Source: Fimbriimonadia bacterium
Lineage (GTDB): Bacteria; Armatimonadota; Fimbriimonadia; Fimbriimonadales; JABRVX01
Direction of reading: 5' to 3'
NCBI GenBank assembly: GCA_041483895.1
Contig: JBGPGO010000005.1
Location: 1-64,000, forward strand
DNA length: 64,000 nt
The position numbers and the translations under genes were made by a program. The notes under the pieces are model-generated. The model saw nothing but the letters and a program-made list of their open reading frames with translations. It searched no databases and was not told the DNA's origin. Shown piece after piece: positions 17,649 to 26,708 of the stretch (position 1 is the first letter of the stretch; each line of letters begins with the position of its first letter).

Positions 17649-19190
17649 ATGTTATCTCGGATACTAACTTTGCTATGGATAGTCATCGGAAGTCAGGCGT
17701 TCGGTCAATACGACCCTGCGGCCTGGCCGATGTACCAACACGATGCGCAGAGGACCAGTCGCAATGACTTTGTAGCAGTCGTTTCGCCTCCGGCATTCAA
17801 CTGGGTGACGGATTGTGCAGCGTTTTCGAGCACCTCCATCGCCACCGACAATGTCGGAAACGTCTTTTTGGGCACTGGCTGGTTTGGCTTCACATCGCTC
17901 GACCCCGTCGGCGCGCTCCGTTGGGCGTATCCTCCCATCAGCGGGGAGCCTATCGTGCTGCCAACTGGGCATGTAGTTTGTGCCTCGGGCAGTGGCGATC
18001 TATTTGATCCGGACGGCCATCGATTAATGAGATTCTACATACCAGGTGGATCGCCTCGCATAGTTGTGACAGATCAAGGCTTTATCGTCGGTTCAAACGG
18101 AATTTCTAAACCTTTTGAAGGAAGTTACGTTTCTCTTAGCACCGGCTATGAAGCTGTCATTGGTCGCGACGGAAACGGCTATTCAGTAAAGGGATCTGGG
18201 CTGTGGGCCATTTCACTCGATCAGTTTGACATGAAGGGCTCGGTGAAAACCTCTCCGATCGCCATTCACGCTGCTAACCCCGCACGTATAGCATTCTTCG
18301 GAAAAAACCAACTTGTCTTCACTGCCTATTTTGGCGAATCTCCATCTTTTGCCGGCGGCCTCGTCTGCATCGATACGAAGGGCAATGTGCTGTGGTCCGT
18401 CGCTTGGCCGGGTGGAACCGCTTCCTCACCTGTTGTCGGACGTGACGGCACTGTTTACGCATACTTGTATTTGGGCGCGGTCCCCCTGAGTCTTGTCGCG
18501 GTCAAGGGGGGCCAGGTCCTTTGGACCACGCCACTATTCAACGAATTGGACTCTGCCCGACCTCCGGTTATCGATGCCGACGGGAGCATATTGGTCGTAA
18601 ACCGGGAGGGAAGAATAGTTTGTTTAGCCCATGACGGCACATTCAAGTGGAGCAAGGACGTACCGCCAGTATGGCACTATTCAATACCCATGGACCCGTG
18701 CCTCTCGCCCAGCGGATTGATCGTTGGAGCCAATGACGGATTCTTGTATTCGCTCAAGACAGAGACAAAGCGCCGAATTGTGAAGGCCACCGTTGAGTTT
18801 GATGGTATAGCCGCCTCTGCCTCACCACCTACCATTGAGTATGATGTGCGGTTGCCTGGCAGCAATCTCCCGTTTCTGTGGAGACGAGTCAATCCAAACG
18901 CCGACGGAACCTACTCCCTAGATCTGCCGGTCGGCTCATTCGACATCGGACTCAAAGCGGACAAGTGGTTGTCCGCCCTCGTACCATCAGTAGATTATCA
19001 GACTTCAGAGATTTCCGTGTTCTGTCTCGGCGGCGACGTCAACAATGACGATGCCGTAGACCTCTCCGACGTAAATGCGGTTCTCATTGACTTCATGGGG
19101 TCTGAGGCCGACGTGGATCTTGATGGGGAGACAAATCTATTGGATTTCAATGAAATCCTAATCAACTTTGGACTGGTGGGAGAGTGGTAG
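17649..19190 (+). CDS. secreted PQQ-like beta-propeller protein with C-terminal dockerin-like domain
   Basis: signal peptide, WPMYQHDAQRT, SSPVVGRDGTVY, DGTFKW repeats; GDVNNDDAVDLSD...DVDLDGETNLLD. Confidence 0.75.
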   Translation: MLSRILTLLWIVIGSQAFGQYDPAAWPMYQHDAQRTSRNDFVAVVSPPAFNWVTDCAAFSSTSIATDNVGNVFLGTGWFGFTSLDPVGALRWAYPPISGEPIVLPTGHVVCASGSGDLFDPDGHRLMRFYIPGGSPRIVVTDQGFIVGSNGISKPFEGSYVSLSTGYEAVIGRDGNGYSVKGSGLWAISLDQFDMKGSVKTSPIAIHAANPARIAFFGKNQLVFTAYFGESPSFAGGLVCIDTKGNVLWSVAWPGGTASSPVVGRDGTVYAYLYLGAVPLSLVAVKGGQVLWTTPLFNELDSARPPVIDADGSILVVNREGRIVCLAHDGTFKWSKDVPPVWHYSIPMDPCLSPSGLIVGANDGFLYSLKTETKRRIVKATVEFDGIAASASPPTIEYDVRLPGSNLPFLWRRVNPNADGTYSLDLPVGSFDIGLKADKWLSALVPSVDYQTSEISVFCLGGDVNNDDAVDLSDVNAVLIDFMGSEADVDLDGETNLLDFNEILINFGLVGEW

Positions 19191-19203
19191 GAGACGTACC
19201 GGT

Positions 19204-19582
19204 AATTCCCCAGTCGCTTCGCTCCTTCGGAATGACAGCGTGGACGGTTTGCGGCCAAAGTGGCTGTCATTTCGAAGCGAGAAATCCCTTTCAGGACCTC
19301 TCGACATCGGCCAATGATTGTGCTCGCCGGAAACTCCTGAAAGAGATTCCTCAGTCGCAAGCTCCTTCGGAATGACAGCGTGGGCGGTGTGTTGCCAAAG
19401 TGGCTGTCATTTCGAAGCGGAGCGAGAAATCCCTTTCAGGACCTTCCGCTGGCAACCGGGCCGGGTGCACCCAGGATGCTTCAGAAAGAGATTCCTCAGT
19501 CGCAAGCTCCTTCGGAATGACAGCGTTGTTGCCACCAACCAGAAAGGGGTTCCTCAGTGGCAAGCTCCATCGGAATGACAGC
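19204..19582. repeat. BIME-like array of family B palindromes
   Basis: four GATTCCTCAGTCGCAAGCTCCTTCGGAATGACAGC-like units and two inverted GCTGTCATTTCGAAGCG..GAAATCCC units; ~140-bp tandem duplication. Confidence 0.85.
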
Positions 19583-19594
19583 GGGGTGGCGGGA

Positions 19595-20737
19595 TCAGCG
19601 GCCCTTTTTTTCTCCTGTCCAGTCGGCGAATTGGTCGTCCGACGTGCTGAAGGTCAGGCGGGTGCGGTTCGAGCCGTCCGCGCTCATTACATAGAGCTGC
19701 GTCGGTTCATCTCTTGCGGGCCGCATGGCGACCAATAGATAGCTGCCACTTGGCGACCAGGTGATGCTCGCGATCAGCTCCGCCTCGCCGGGTTGCAGTT
19801 TCAGCGGCGTGGCCGTATCGGATATCGTATCGACAATGAAGGGCGTCGGCGCATTCGCGATCATCCGCTTGCCATCCTTCGACCAACTGGGCCGAATTTT
19901 CGACGGCAAATACACAGCGAAATCATGCGGCTGCCCCGTGGTCAAATCGAAAATCGCATCATCAAAGTTGTTGCCGTCCCGAAGCCCCGGGACCACGAGT
20001 CGCCTGCCGTCCGGCGAAACGTCGAATGCCGGATAGGTCCAAGCCATGTTGTTTTGGTCCGGCGAGGTTTCGACGATCGGCGTGGGATCGAAACGGTTCC
20101 ACGGGGTGCGGAAAACCTGCCACTTCTGATTCTGGTTGGCAAGGAAGTAGATGGATTTTCCGTCCGGCGCCCATCGCGGCAGTGTCTCGGCGGACGGCGT
20201 GTTGCTGAGGTCGCGGTAACGCGCGCCATTCTTATCCATCGTGCACAACTCCAAGAACAGACCTTCCCGCGCCAACGTGAACGCAATCTTCTTGCCGTCA
20301 GGCGACCTGACCGGGTTGGCCTCATTATCCGATGTATCCGTAAGCCGAGTGATCCCCGATCCGTCCGCGTTCATCGCATAGATATCGGTGTTGCCGGCGC
20401 GATTGGATTGGAAGACGATGTGGCCAGTGATATTCGGCCGCCGTACGGACAGGACTTTTCTTCCCGCCGGTCCTGAAAACGTGACAACAAATTCGTCGCC
20501 GGATTTCTCCAGCCGGTCAAACATTGCCGCCACATTGGCCACCTGCGTTCGTCCGACGGTCTCGACGGTATCGTCGATCCGAATTCCCGCGCGTTCCGCG
20601 ACGCTGCCGGCGGCGACGGCAATGACACGCGGTCCCGCGCCGCCATCTTCCAACGTCATTCCGAAGACATCGCTATGGGGCTGGGCGAAGAGGGTGCAGG
20701 CGCACGCGCAGGCGAGGATTGTCAGTATTTGGCGCAT
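19595..20737 (-). CDS. secreted PDZ + TolB-like (PD40 repeat) protein
   Basis: GSVAERAGIRIDD PDZ; SNRAGNTDIYAMNADGSG, SPDGKKIAF, WSPSG repeats. Confidence 0.8.
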   Translation of the reverse strand: MRQILTILACACACTLFAQPHSDVFGMTLEDGGAGPRVIAVAAGSVAERAGIRIDDTVETVGRTQVANVAAMFDRLEKSGDEFVVTFSGPAGRKVLSVRRPNITGHIVFQSNRAGNTDIYAMNADGSGITRLTDTSDNEANPVRSPDGKKIAFTLAREGLFLELCTMDKNGARYRDLSNTPSAETLPRWAPDGKSIYFLANQNQKWQVFRTPWNRFDPTPIVETSPDQNNMAWTYPAFDVSPDGRRLVVPGLRDGNNFDDAIFDLTTGQPHDFAVYLPSKIRPSWSKDGKRMIANAPTPFIVDTISDTATPLKLQPGEAELIASITWSPSGSYLLVAMRPARDEPTQLYVMSADGSNRTRLTFSTSDDQFADWTGEKKGR

Positions 20738-20751
20738 GTCTGGAGTTTACT

Positions 20752-21768
20752 TCAAACCAAGCTGGCGGATTGTGCGGCGACTGAGATTGGATACTGGTAT
20801 TCCAGCAGGCCGTGCTTGATGCAGAGTGTTTGGAACAGTTCCAGGCCTTGGAGGTGCTCGGGCGTCAGATCGTAGTTCATCACTTCCGTCAGGTATTCCA
20901 CGCATAGGCCTCGATCCCAGCCATGCTCGGTTGCGTGCTGCTCAGCAAGCTGTACCAGGCGCGATGTGCCGGACTCTTTGGCATCCAAGAGAAGAGAGCA
21001 GAGGGCTGGGTCCAAGTTCTCTCCGATCCAGGCCGCCCAGACGAACGGCAGTCCGGTCAGTTCGTGCCAGGCCTGGCCGAGGTCCAGAACTTGGAGACCG
21101 TCCGAAGGCGCGAACATCCCGATGTCGCCGATCAGCACGCAGGCGTCGTTTTGGGCGAGCATCGCCATGGGGTCCGGCGGCAACGACGACACCATGGGCC
21201 AGGAGGAATAGATTTCGGCCAGGAGCAGTTGTGCGAGATGGGTGGAGGTGAGGGAGCTTTGGTCCAGCGCGAGGGTCTCGATCTCTTCCATCGGTTTTTT
21301 GGACAGTAGCCGCACGCTCATCACGCGTCCGACGGAACTGATGGAGATATCCGGGGCCATCTGGAGGCCAGGGCGGAGGAGGAGTTCGTATGACGACACC
21401 ATGGCGGCTTCTAGTTTGCCGAGTCGCAACGCGGTCGCGAGGCGGGATGGGGTGTCGTAGACGATTTCCAATGGCGGGGTCTTGGTTGGCGGCTTGCGAG
21501 AGGATTCGGTAATAGTGAACCCCGCCACATCACCCATTTCCTCTCGTGGCCGGGTCTTTGGGAACTGCTCTTCCGGCCACTCTGCATGCGAGGACCCTGC
21601 CACATCGTTAACGTCATCACGCTTGACTTGCGACTCGGTCGGGAGACCGGTCGCATCATTGCGTTTTTCTTGCGACTCGGTCGGGAGACCGGTCGCATCA
21701 TTTGCATCATTTTCCAAAGAATCGACCAGCGGGCGGGCGTTGAGGTAGGGGACGCTGCCGATCCTCAT
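20752..21768 (-). CDS. mqnA: chorismate dehydratase (futalosine pathway) with ~80 aa repeat-derived in-frame insertion
   Basis: RIGSVPYLNARPL, SSLTS, LIGD, DLGQAWHELTGLPFVWAAW; ATGA overlap with mqnP. Confidence 0.9.
   Translation of the reverse strand: MRIGSVPYLNARPLVDSLENDANDATGLPTESQEKRNDATGLPTESQVKRDDVNDVAGSSHAEWPEEQFPKTRPREEMGDVAGFTITESSRKPPTKTPPLEIVYDTPSRLATALRLGKLEAAMVSSYELLLRPGLQMAPDISISSVGRVMSVRLLSKKPMEEIETLALDQSSLTSTHLAQLLLAEIYSSWPMVSSLPPDPMAMLAQNDACVLIGDIGMFAPSDGLQVLDLGQAWHELTGLPFVWAAWIGENLDPALCSLLLDAKESGTSRLVQLAEQHATEHGWDRGLCVEYLTEVMNYDLTPEHLQGLELFQTLCIKHGLLEYQYPISVAAQSASLV
21471..21699. repeat. intragenic mosaic: two family C plus two family A elements
   Basis: C at 21471-21531 and 21546-21606; A (TGCGACTCGGTCGGGAGACCGGTCGCATC) at 21629-21657 and 21671-21699. 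Confidence 0.9.
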
Positions 21769-22652
21769 CGGCGCACCGCCCAATCGACCAGAGCGAACAG
21801 GAACATGGCGATTCCCACAAACCCGTTGACGGTGAAAAAGGCGACGTTCAGCTTGGACACATCGCCGGGTTTGACCAAAGACTGCTCGTAGGCGAGAGCC
21901 AAAGTGATGACCGAAACCCCGACAAAGTAGACGATGCCGAGCCCGGCGAAAATCCCGGCCGCCAACAGAAAACCGATACTGAGCAGGTGCATGGCGCGGG
22001 AGACCCAAATCGCTGTGGAGGCTCCGAATCGCACAGGCAAGGAACAGATGCCGTGCGCGCGATCGAACTGCTCATCCGCCAGGCTGTAGAGGATATCGAA
22101 CCCACCGATCCAAAAAGCCACCGCTCCGGTCAGCCAGAGCGGCAGCGGGTCCAACGACCCTCGCACCGCCACCCATGCCGCTGTCGGGGCGATCCCAATC
22201 GCCAGCCCCAGCCACAGGTGGCACAGCCAGGTGAAACGCTTGGAGTAGGAGTAGGTGAGGATGAGCAGCAGGGCGACGGGACCCAGCTCAAGGGCAAGTG
22301 AGTTCAATTCGTAGGTCGCGAGCACAAAGATTGCGACCATGATGGCCAGGAACAGCGAGGCCTGCCCGACGCTGACACGGCCTTCGGGGAGAGCGCGTGC
22401 GCTAGTGCGTGGGTTGCGGCCATCCATCTCCCTGTCCACGATGCGGTTGAAGGTCATCGCCGCGCTGCGCGCCGCTACCATGGCTATGACAATCCAGAAA
22501 ACGATCCGGGCAGGTGGAAATCCGTCGGCGGCCAGCAGCATTCCAAGAAGGGCAAAGGGGAGAGCGAATACGGTGTGCTCGAATTTGATCATTTCGAGCA
22601 ATTCGCGGGTCGTTCGGGTCGCCCGTCCCATGGGGCTTCGCGCGATGGCCAT
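21765..22652 (-). CDS. mqnP: UbiA-family menaquinone prenyltransferase
   Basis: IKFEHTVFALPFA, NRIVDREMDGRNPRT, YSYSKRFT, GFDILY; coupled to mqnA. Confidence 0.85.
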   Translation of the reverse strand: MAIARSPMGRATRTTRELLEMIKFEHTVFALPFALLGMLLAADGFPPARIVFWIVIAMVAARSAAMTFNRIVDREMDGRNPRTSARALPEGRVSVGQASLFLAIMVAIFVLATYELNSLALELGPVALLLILTYSYSKRFTWLCHLWLGLAIGIAPTAAWVAVRGSLDPLPLWLTGAVAFWIGGFDILYSLADEQFDRAHGICSLPVRFGASTAIWVSRAMHLLSIGFLLAAGIFAGLGIVYFVGVSVITLALAYEQSLVKPGDVSKLNVAFFTVNGFVGIAMFLFALVDWAVRR

Positions 22653-22824
22653 ATATCTTCAATATCAATTGTACCCGGCACTCCGTCCAGGCCATGGAAG
22701 GGGCAGACTATGGAATTGACCCTAGAAATGCTTTGATTTGGGTCCTAATTTGGGGAACTAACCGAACCTTGAGCCGGTTTTCAGCGTATTGAGACTAGAA
22801 AACTGTTCGTTGGGGAGGGTCTCG

Positions 22825-23007
22825 ATGGCCACGGACACGATTGACAGATATGCAGCGGTCGATTTGACGGAAGATGAGGCGTTTGCCCTCCTGTCCATGT
22901 GCGTTTTGAGCATCAAGACGGTGGATGACGAGGCCAGGTCAGCCTTGGAAAAGCTCAGCGCGTATTGCAAGTCTTTCCTGCCACGCGCGGTTGCTGCCGA
23001 GGCATAG
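22825..23007 (+). CDS. small hypothetical protein (60 aa)
   Basis: GGAGG SD before ATG; helical-looking sequence LTEDEAFALLSMC..ALEKLSAYC. Confidence 0.6.
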   Translation: MATDTIDRYAAVDLTEDEAFALLSMCVLSIKTVDDEARSALEKLSAYCKSFLPRAVAAEA

Positions 23008-23014
23008 CTATACT

Positions 23015-23110
23015 CTGTCATTCCGAAGCGAAGCGAGGAATCCCTATCAGAAGCTTCCAACTATTGACGACCTCCTGAAAGGGATTCCTCGCTTCGCTTC
23101 GGAATGACAG
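23015..23110. repeat. inverted pair of family B palindromes
   Basis: CTGTCATTCCGAAGCGAAGCGAGGAATCCC ... GGGATTCCTCGCTTCGCTTCGGAATGACAG. Confidence 0.85.
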
Positions 23111-23126
23111 ACAAATCACCGAGGTG

Positions 23127-24569
23127 CTACTTTGGTTTCCACTTCGCGAGAAAGTGACACGAATACTTGTCGCTGCGCTCCGGCCGAGCTTCTACCGTAT
23201 AGGAACGGAAGTCGCCGTCATTCTCCACCTTGATGGCCCCGAGCTTTCCATAGGTTTTGACGATTCCGGCGTCGGGCAATGGCTTGGACCAATCCACATC
23301 CTCTTTGATCAGCAGCTTGAGCATTTCGCGGACCTCGTCTTGACATAGCCACAATCCGGCGCCCAAACCCACAAACATGCTCAACTCCCGGTTTTCGGCA
23401 ATGACGCCTTTCTCTATCTGCTTTGCAAGATCGACAAGGTCCTCCAGGCTGTAGCTCTGCTTGTGTTCGAGCTTTGTCCGCAGGTCCGACGGCATCAAAT
23501 AAACCTCCAAATCCAGCCACTGGTCCGGCCGATAGCAAGCGATTCCGGATACGTCACGACGCAACAGCGACATATCCCCGTAAACTCTGCCGATTTCGGC
23601 CTGGAATTGGTAGGTCAACTGGTTATCGAACCGCTCGGACCCGGTCAGGTCATACCAGTCGACAAGCGCGGGCATCGAGTTTTCGACGGCCTTGTCAAAC
23701 AGATCGGCCACCTGCTGGACGAATTCGATGTTCGGCACGACAAGCCAGTATCGATTACACTCGATTTGGCGTGCCAGCCGATCGCGGTTCATCTGATCGA
23801 CCATGCCGTCTTTGCCGTTGCCCTCCATCGGCCCCCAAGCCAGCATCAGACCCTCGGCATCACCGACTCTTAGCTGCAAAGTGCTGCCAACCAACTCGAG
23901 CGTTACCTTCCCATTCAGGTCGCCCAGTTGGCCGCCCGGATGCCAAAATTGCGCCAGGTCCTTGATGGCAGGCGCAATTCCCGCGATCTCGCCGCCGGTA
24001 AGAGTGACTACCCGTTTACTGCCGTCTATCCATGGGTTTTTATCGAGACGTTGGATGGCGCCTGGAATGCCATCCAAAACACCCTTCTGGGCCTTGATCC
24101 TCCCCTTGGTCACCTCGAATCGATCCTCTTCGCTCATTTGGTCCGGCGGCGCATCGAGCAACTTGTCCATCTCGGCAAGCCGTTTCTTGACGAGATCGGC
24201 CACCTTGTTGAGCATCTCATCCGAATTGCCAGGAAGACGCTTTTTCAGATCCGGCTCCAGCCGCCATACGATCGTCTTGTCGCCGGTGTCCTTGCTTTTC
24301 TCCTCCCGCTGGACCCAGCGAGCGCTGAGTGTTTCGGCGATTGCGTCGCGGAAAGATGCTCTTGACTTCGCGGAACGGTCCGGCAGGTTGACGGAGAGGA
24401 CGTGCGCCTCGAGCGGATACCCGGCCTCGTACCTTGTGCCTGGCGTGCTCAGGTCCCTGAAGATAGCGCTCAGGCATGCCGAGCGCCACACCGTTCCGGG
24501 CCCGATCGCACCGAGCGTCGTCGGAGCAATGGCCACGGTCACGAATATCGCGCCTATGAGGGATATCAT
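23127..24569 (-). CDS. secreted hypothetical protein
   Basis: 480-aa ORF with hydrophobic N-terminus. Confidence 0.6.
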   Translation of the reverse strand: MISLIGAIFVTVAIAPTTLGAIGPGTVWRSACLSAIFRDLSTPGTRYEAGYPLEAHVLSVNLPDRSAKSRASFRDAIAETLSARWVQREEKSKDTGDKTIVWRLEPDLKKRLPGNSDEMLNKVADLVKKRLAEMDKLLDAPPDQMSEEDRFEVTKGRIKAQKGVLDGIPGAIQRLDKNPWIDGSKRVVTLTGGEIAGIAPAIKDLAQFWHPGGQLGDLNGKVTLELVGSTLQLRVGDAEGLMLAWGPMEGNGKDGMVDQMNRDRLARQIECNRYWLVVPNIEFVQQVADLFDKAVENSMPALVDWYDLTGSERFDNQLTYQFQAEIGRVYGDMSLLRRDVSGIACYRPDQWLDLEVYLMPSDLRTKLEHKQSYSLEDLVDLAKQIEKGVIAENRELSMFVGLGAGLWLCQDEVREMLKLLIKEDVDWSKPLPDAGIVKTYGKLGAIKVENDGDFRSYTVEARPERSDKYSCHFLAKWKPK

Positions 24570-24669
24570 TCTATGCCTTTCGCGAATATCGTATCATAGA
24601 TACAGTCGCAGCGATGTCATACGTTTCACTGACACAGCGCCCCAATAATCGACACACTCCCCGGCCTCC

Positions 24670-25686
24670 TTAGCCGATGCTTCGGAACGCCAGAGCTGCG
24701 CCGCCGAGGACGCCGGCGTGGTCGATTTGCACTGCCGGAACGATGCGGGTGGCGGAGAAGAGCGTCGGAATGGCGACGTTTTTGGCCGATCGGATGGCGG
24801 CATCGAGAAGTGGAGCGCCGACCTTGGCGATTTGGCCCCCGATGGCAACAATCTCCGGCACAAAGGTGTTGATGAAGCTGCCGATGCCGATCCCCAGATA
24901 GTGCCCGGTCTCCTGCCAGACCTCGATCGCGGCCGCGTCCCCCTGCCCCGCCGCGTCGGCCAACAGCTTGGGCGTGACCTTCGCGCCATCCCCGCCGGAC
25001 AGCTTGCCAATCAGAGACGTTGCGTCGTGCTCCAGCTTCGCTCGGCCTCGGGCGGCGATGGCGGTCGCGTTCGCCAGAGCCTCCAAGCACCCGTAGGCCC
25101 CGCATCCACAAAGCGGGCCGTCCGCCATGACAACCACGTGCCCAAGCTCAGCGCCGCCGCCGTTCGCGCCGACCAGCAGCACCGGCTCTCCGGCGGAAAG
25201 TGGATCCAATTGTCCCGGCGATAGAACGACTCCGCCCCCTATCCCCGTCCCTAGGGTGATCATGACCAGACCGTTCGCCGTTCCTTTGCCGATCCCGAAC
25301 CGAAATTCGCCCAACGCAGCCAGGTTGGCGTCGTTCCCTATCACGACCGGCAGACCGGACAACGCGGACACCGGCCCCGCCAGAGGAACGTCGGAGAAGT
25401 GGCGGAACATGCCGTCTTTGGTCTCGCCGAAGTTGGGGGCCCACAAGACCGTCCCGGATGCCGTGTCAATATGGCCCGGCACCGCCATACCCACACCCAC
25501 GCATTCGACCTTGGAAGCGACCGCTCTGATGACGGCATCACAGGCCTCTATCACAGCCCGCGCCCCGCTTTGCGCCATCGAGGGCCGCTCGACGAAATCG
25601 CTGTGGAACTGCCCGCTTGCATCCACCGCCGCCGCCCGCACATTCGTACCGCCCAGGTCCACGCCGATCACACATTGAGTTTTCAC
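24670..25686 (-). CDS. ROK family sugar kinase (glucokinase-like)
   Basis: GVDLGGTN, NDANLAALGE, TLGTGIGGG, ELGH, CGCGAYGCLE; GTG start. Confidence 0.9.
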   Translation of the reverse strand: MKTQCVIGVDLGGTNVRAAAVDASGQFHSDFVERPSMAQSGARAVIEACDAVIRAVASKVECVGVGMAVPGHIDTASGTVLWAPNFGETKDGMFRHFSDVPLAGPVSALSGLPVVIGNDANLAALGEFRFGIGKGTANGLVMITLGTGIGGGVVLSPGQLDPLSAGEPVLLVGANGGGAELGHVVVMADGPLCGCGAYGCLEALANATAIAARGRAKLEHDATSLIGKLSGGDGAKVTPKLLADAAGQGDAAAIEVWQETGHYLGIGIGSFINTFVPEIVAIGGQIAKVGAPLLDAAIRSAKNVAIPTLFSATRIVPAVQIDHAGVLGGAALAFRSIG

Positions 25687-25754
25687 ACCGTACTTATCGT
25701 CTATAGACCGGTGGAATCCTGCAAACGTAGGATAGACTATAAGAGAGGTTAAGC

Positions 25755-26705
25755 TTGGATACCACACAAATCAGCGCAACCGGCCGCCGGATGGTCGATG
25801 CCATCGACAACGTAATCGTCGGAAAGCAGGAGACCGTCGAAGCCGCGGTCATCTCCCTTCTTGCCGACGGCCACATACTTTTGGAAGATATTCCCGGTGT
25901 AGGCAAGACCACATTGGCAAAGACCCTTGCCCGCATCATCGGCGGCACCTATCGGCGCGTGCAATTCACCCCCGACCTGCTCCCGGCCGATATCACGGGG
26001 TCTTCCGTATATAACCAAAAAACTAGCGAATTCGAATTTCGGCCCGGCCCCATCTTCGCCAATGTTGTTTTAGCGGATGAGATCAATCGGGCGACGCCAA
26101 AGACTCAATCCAGCTTGCTGGAGGCGATGGAAGAAAAGCAGGTCACGGTGGATGGCATCCTATACAAGCTGCCCGCGCCGTTCATCGTCATCGCCACCCA
26201 GAACAATATCGAGATGACCGGGACCTATCCGCTGCCGGAGGCGCAGATGGATCGGTTTCTTGCCCGCTTGCATATTGGATATCCGGACCGGGCGAGCGAA
26301 GTGGCCGTTTTGCGGAATCAGCAGATTGCCCACCCGTTAGAGACGCTCCAACCGGTGCTTACTCCCGAACAGCTGTGCGACCTTCAGCGGTGTGTGCGCC
26401 AAGTCCACCTGCAAGACAGCGTCCGTGAGTACATTGTGGACCTTGTCCGGGAGACGCGGACACAGGCGGGGCTGCTGCTTGGGGCAAGTCCAAGGGGTTC
26501 CATTTTGGTGATGCACGCCGCGCAGGCCGCCGCCGCCATGTCGGGCCGGGATTTTGTCGCCCCGGACGATGTGAAGCGCGTAGCGGACATGGTGATTTCA
26601 CATCGTCTCATCTCTCGCGGAGAGGCGCGCGGGATGAACGATTCTTCGCCGAAAATCGTTCGGTCAATTCTCGACCGTCTGCCCGTACCGGTGCCGACCA
26701 GGTAG
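25755..26705 (+). CDS. MoxR family AAA ATPase
   Basis: LEDIPGVGKT, QFTPDLLPADITG, DEINRATPKTQSSLLEAM, GASPRG. Confidence 0.93.
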   Translation: MDTTQISATGRRMVDAIDNVIVGKQETVEAAVISLLADGHILLEDIPGVGKTTLAKTLARIIGGTYRRVQFTPDLLPADITGSSVYNQKTSEFEFRPGPIFANVVLADEINRATPKTQSSLLEAMEEKQVTVDGILYKLPAPFIVIATQNNIEMTGTYPLPEAQMDRFLARLHIGYPDRASEVAVLRNQQIAHPLETLQPVLTPEQLCDLQRCVRQVHLQDSVREYIVDLVRETRTQAGLLLGASPRGSILVMHAAQAAAAMSGRDFVAPDDVKRVADMVISHRLISRGEARGMNDSSPKIVRSILDRLPVPVPTR

Positions 26706-26708
26706 CCG

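Noticed and set aside
19204..19582. CRISPR array
   Set aside because: Units alternate in orientation, spacers are themselves duplicated, no cas genes are present, and the same unit is dispersed elsewhere.
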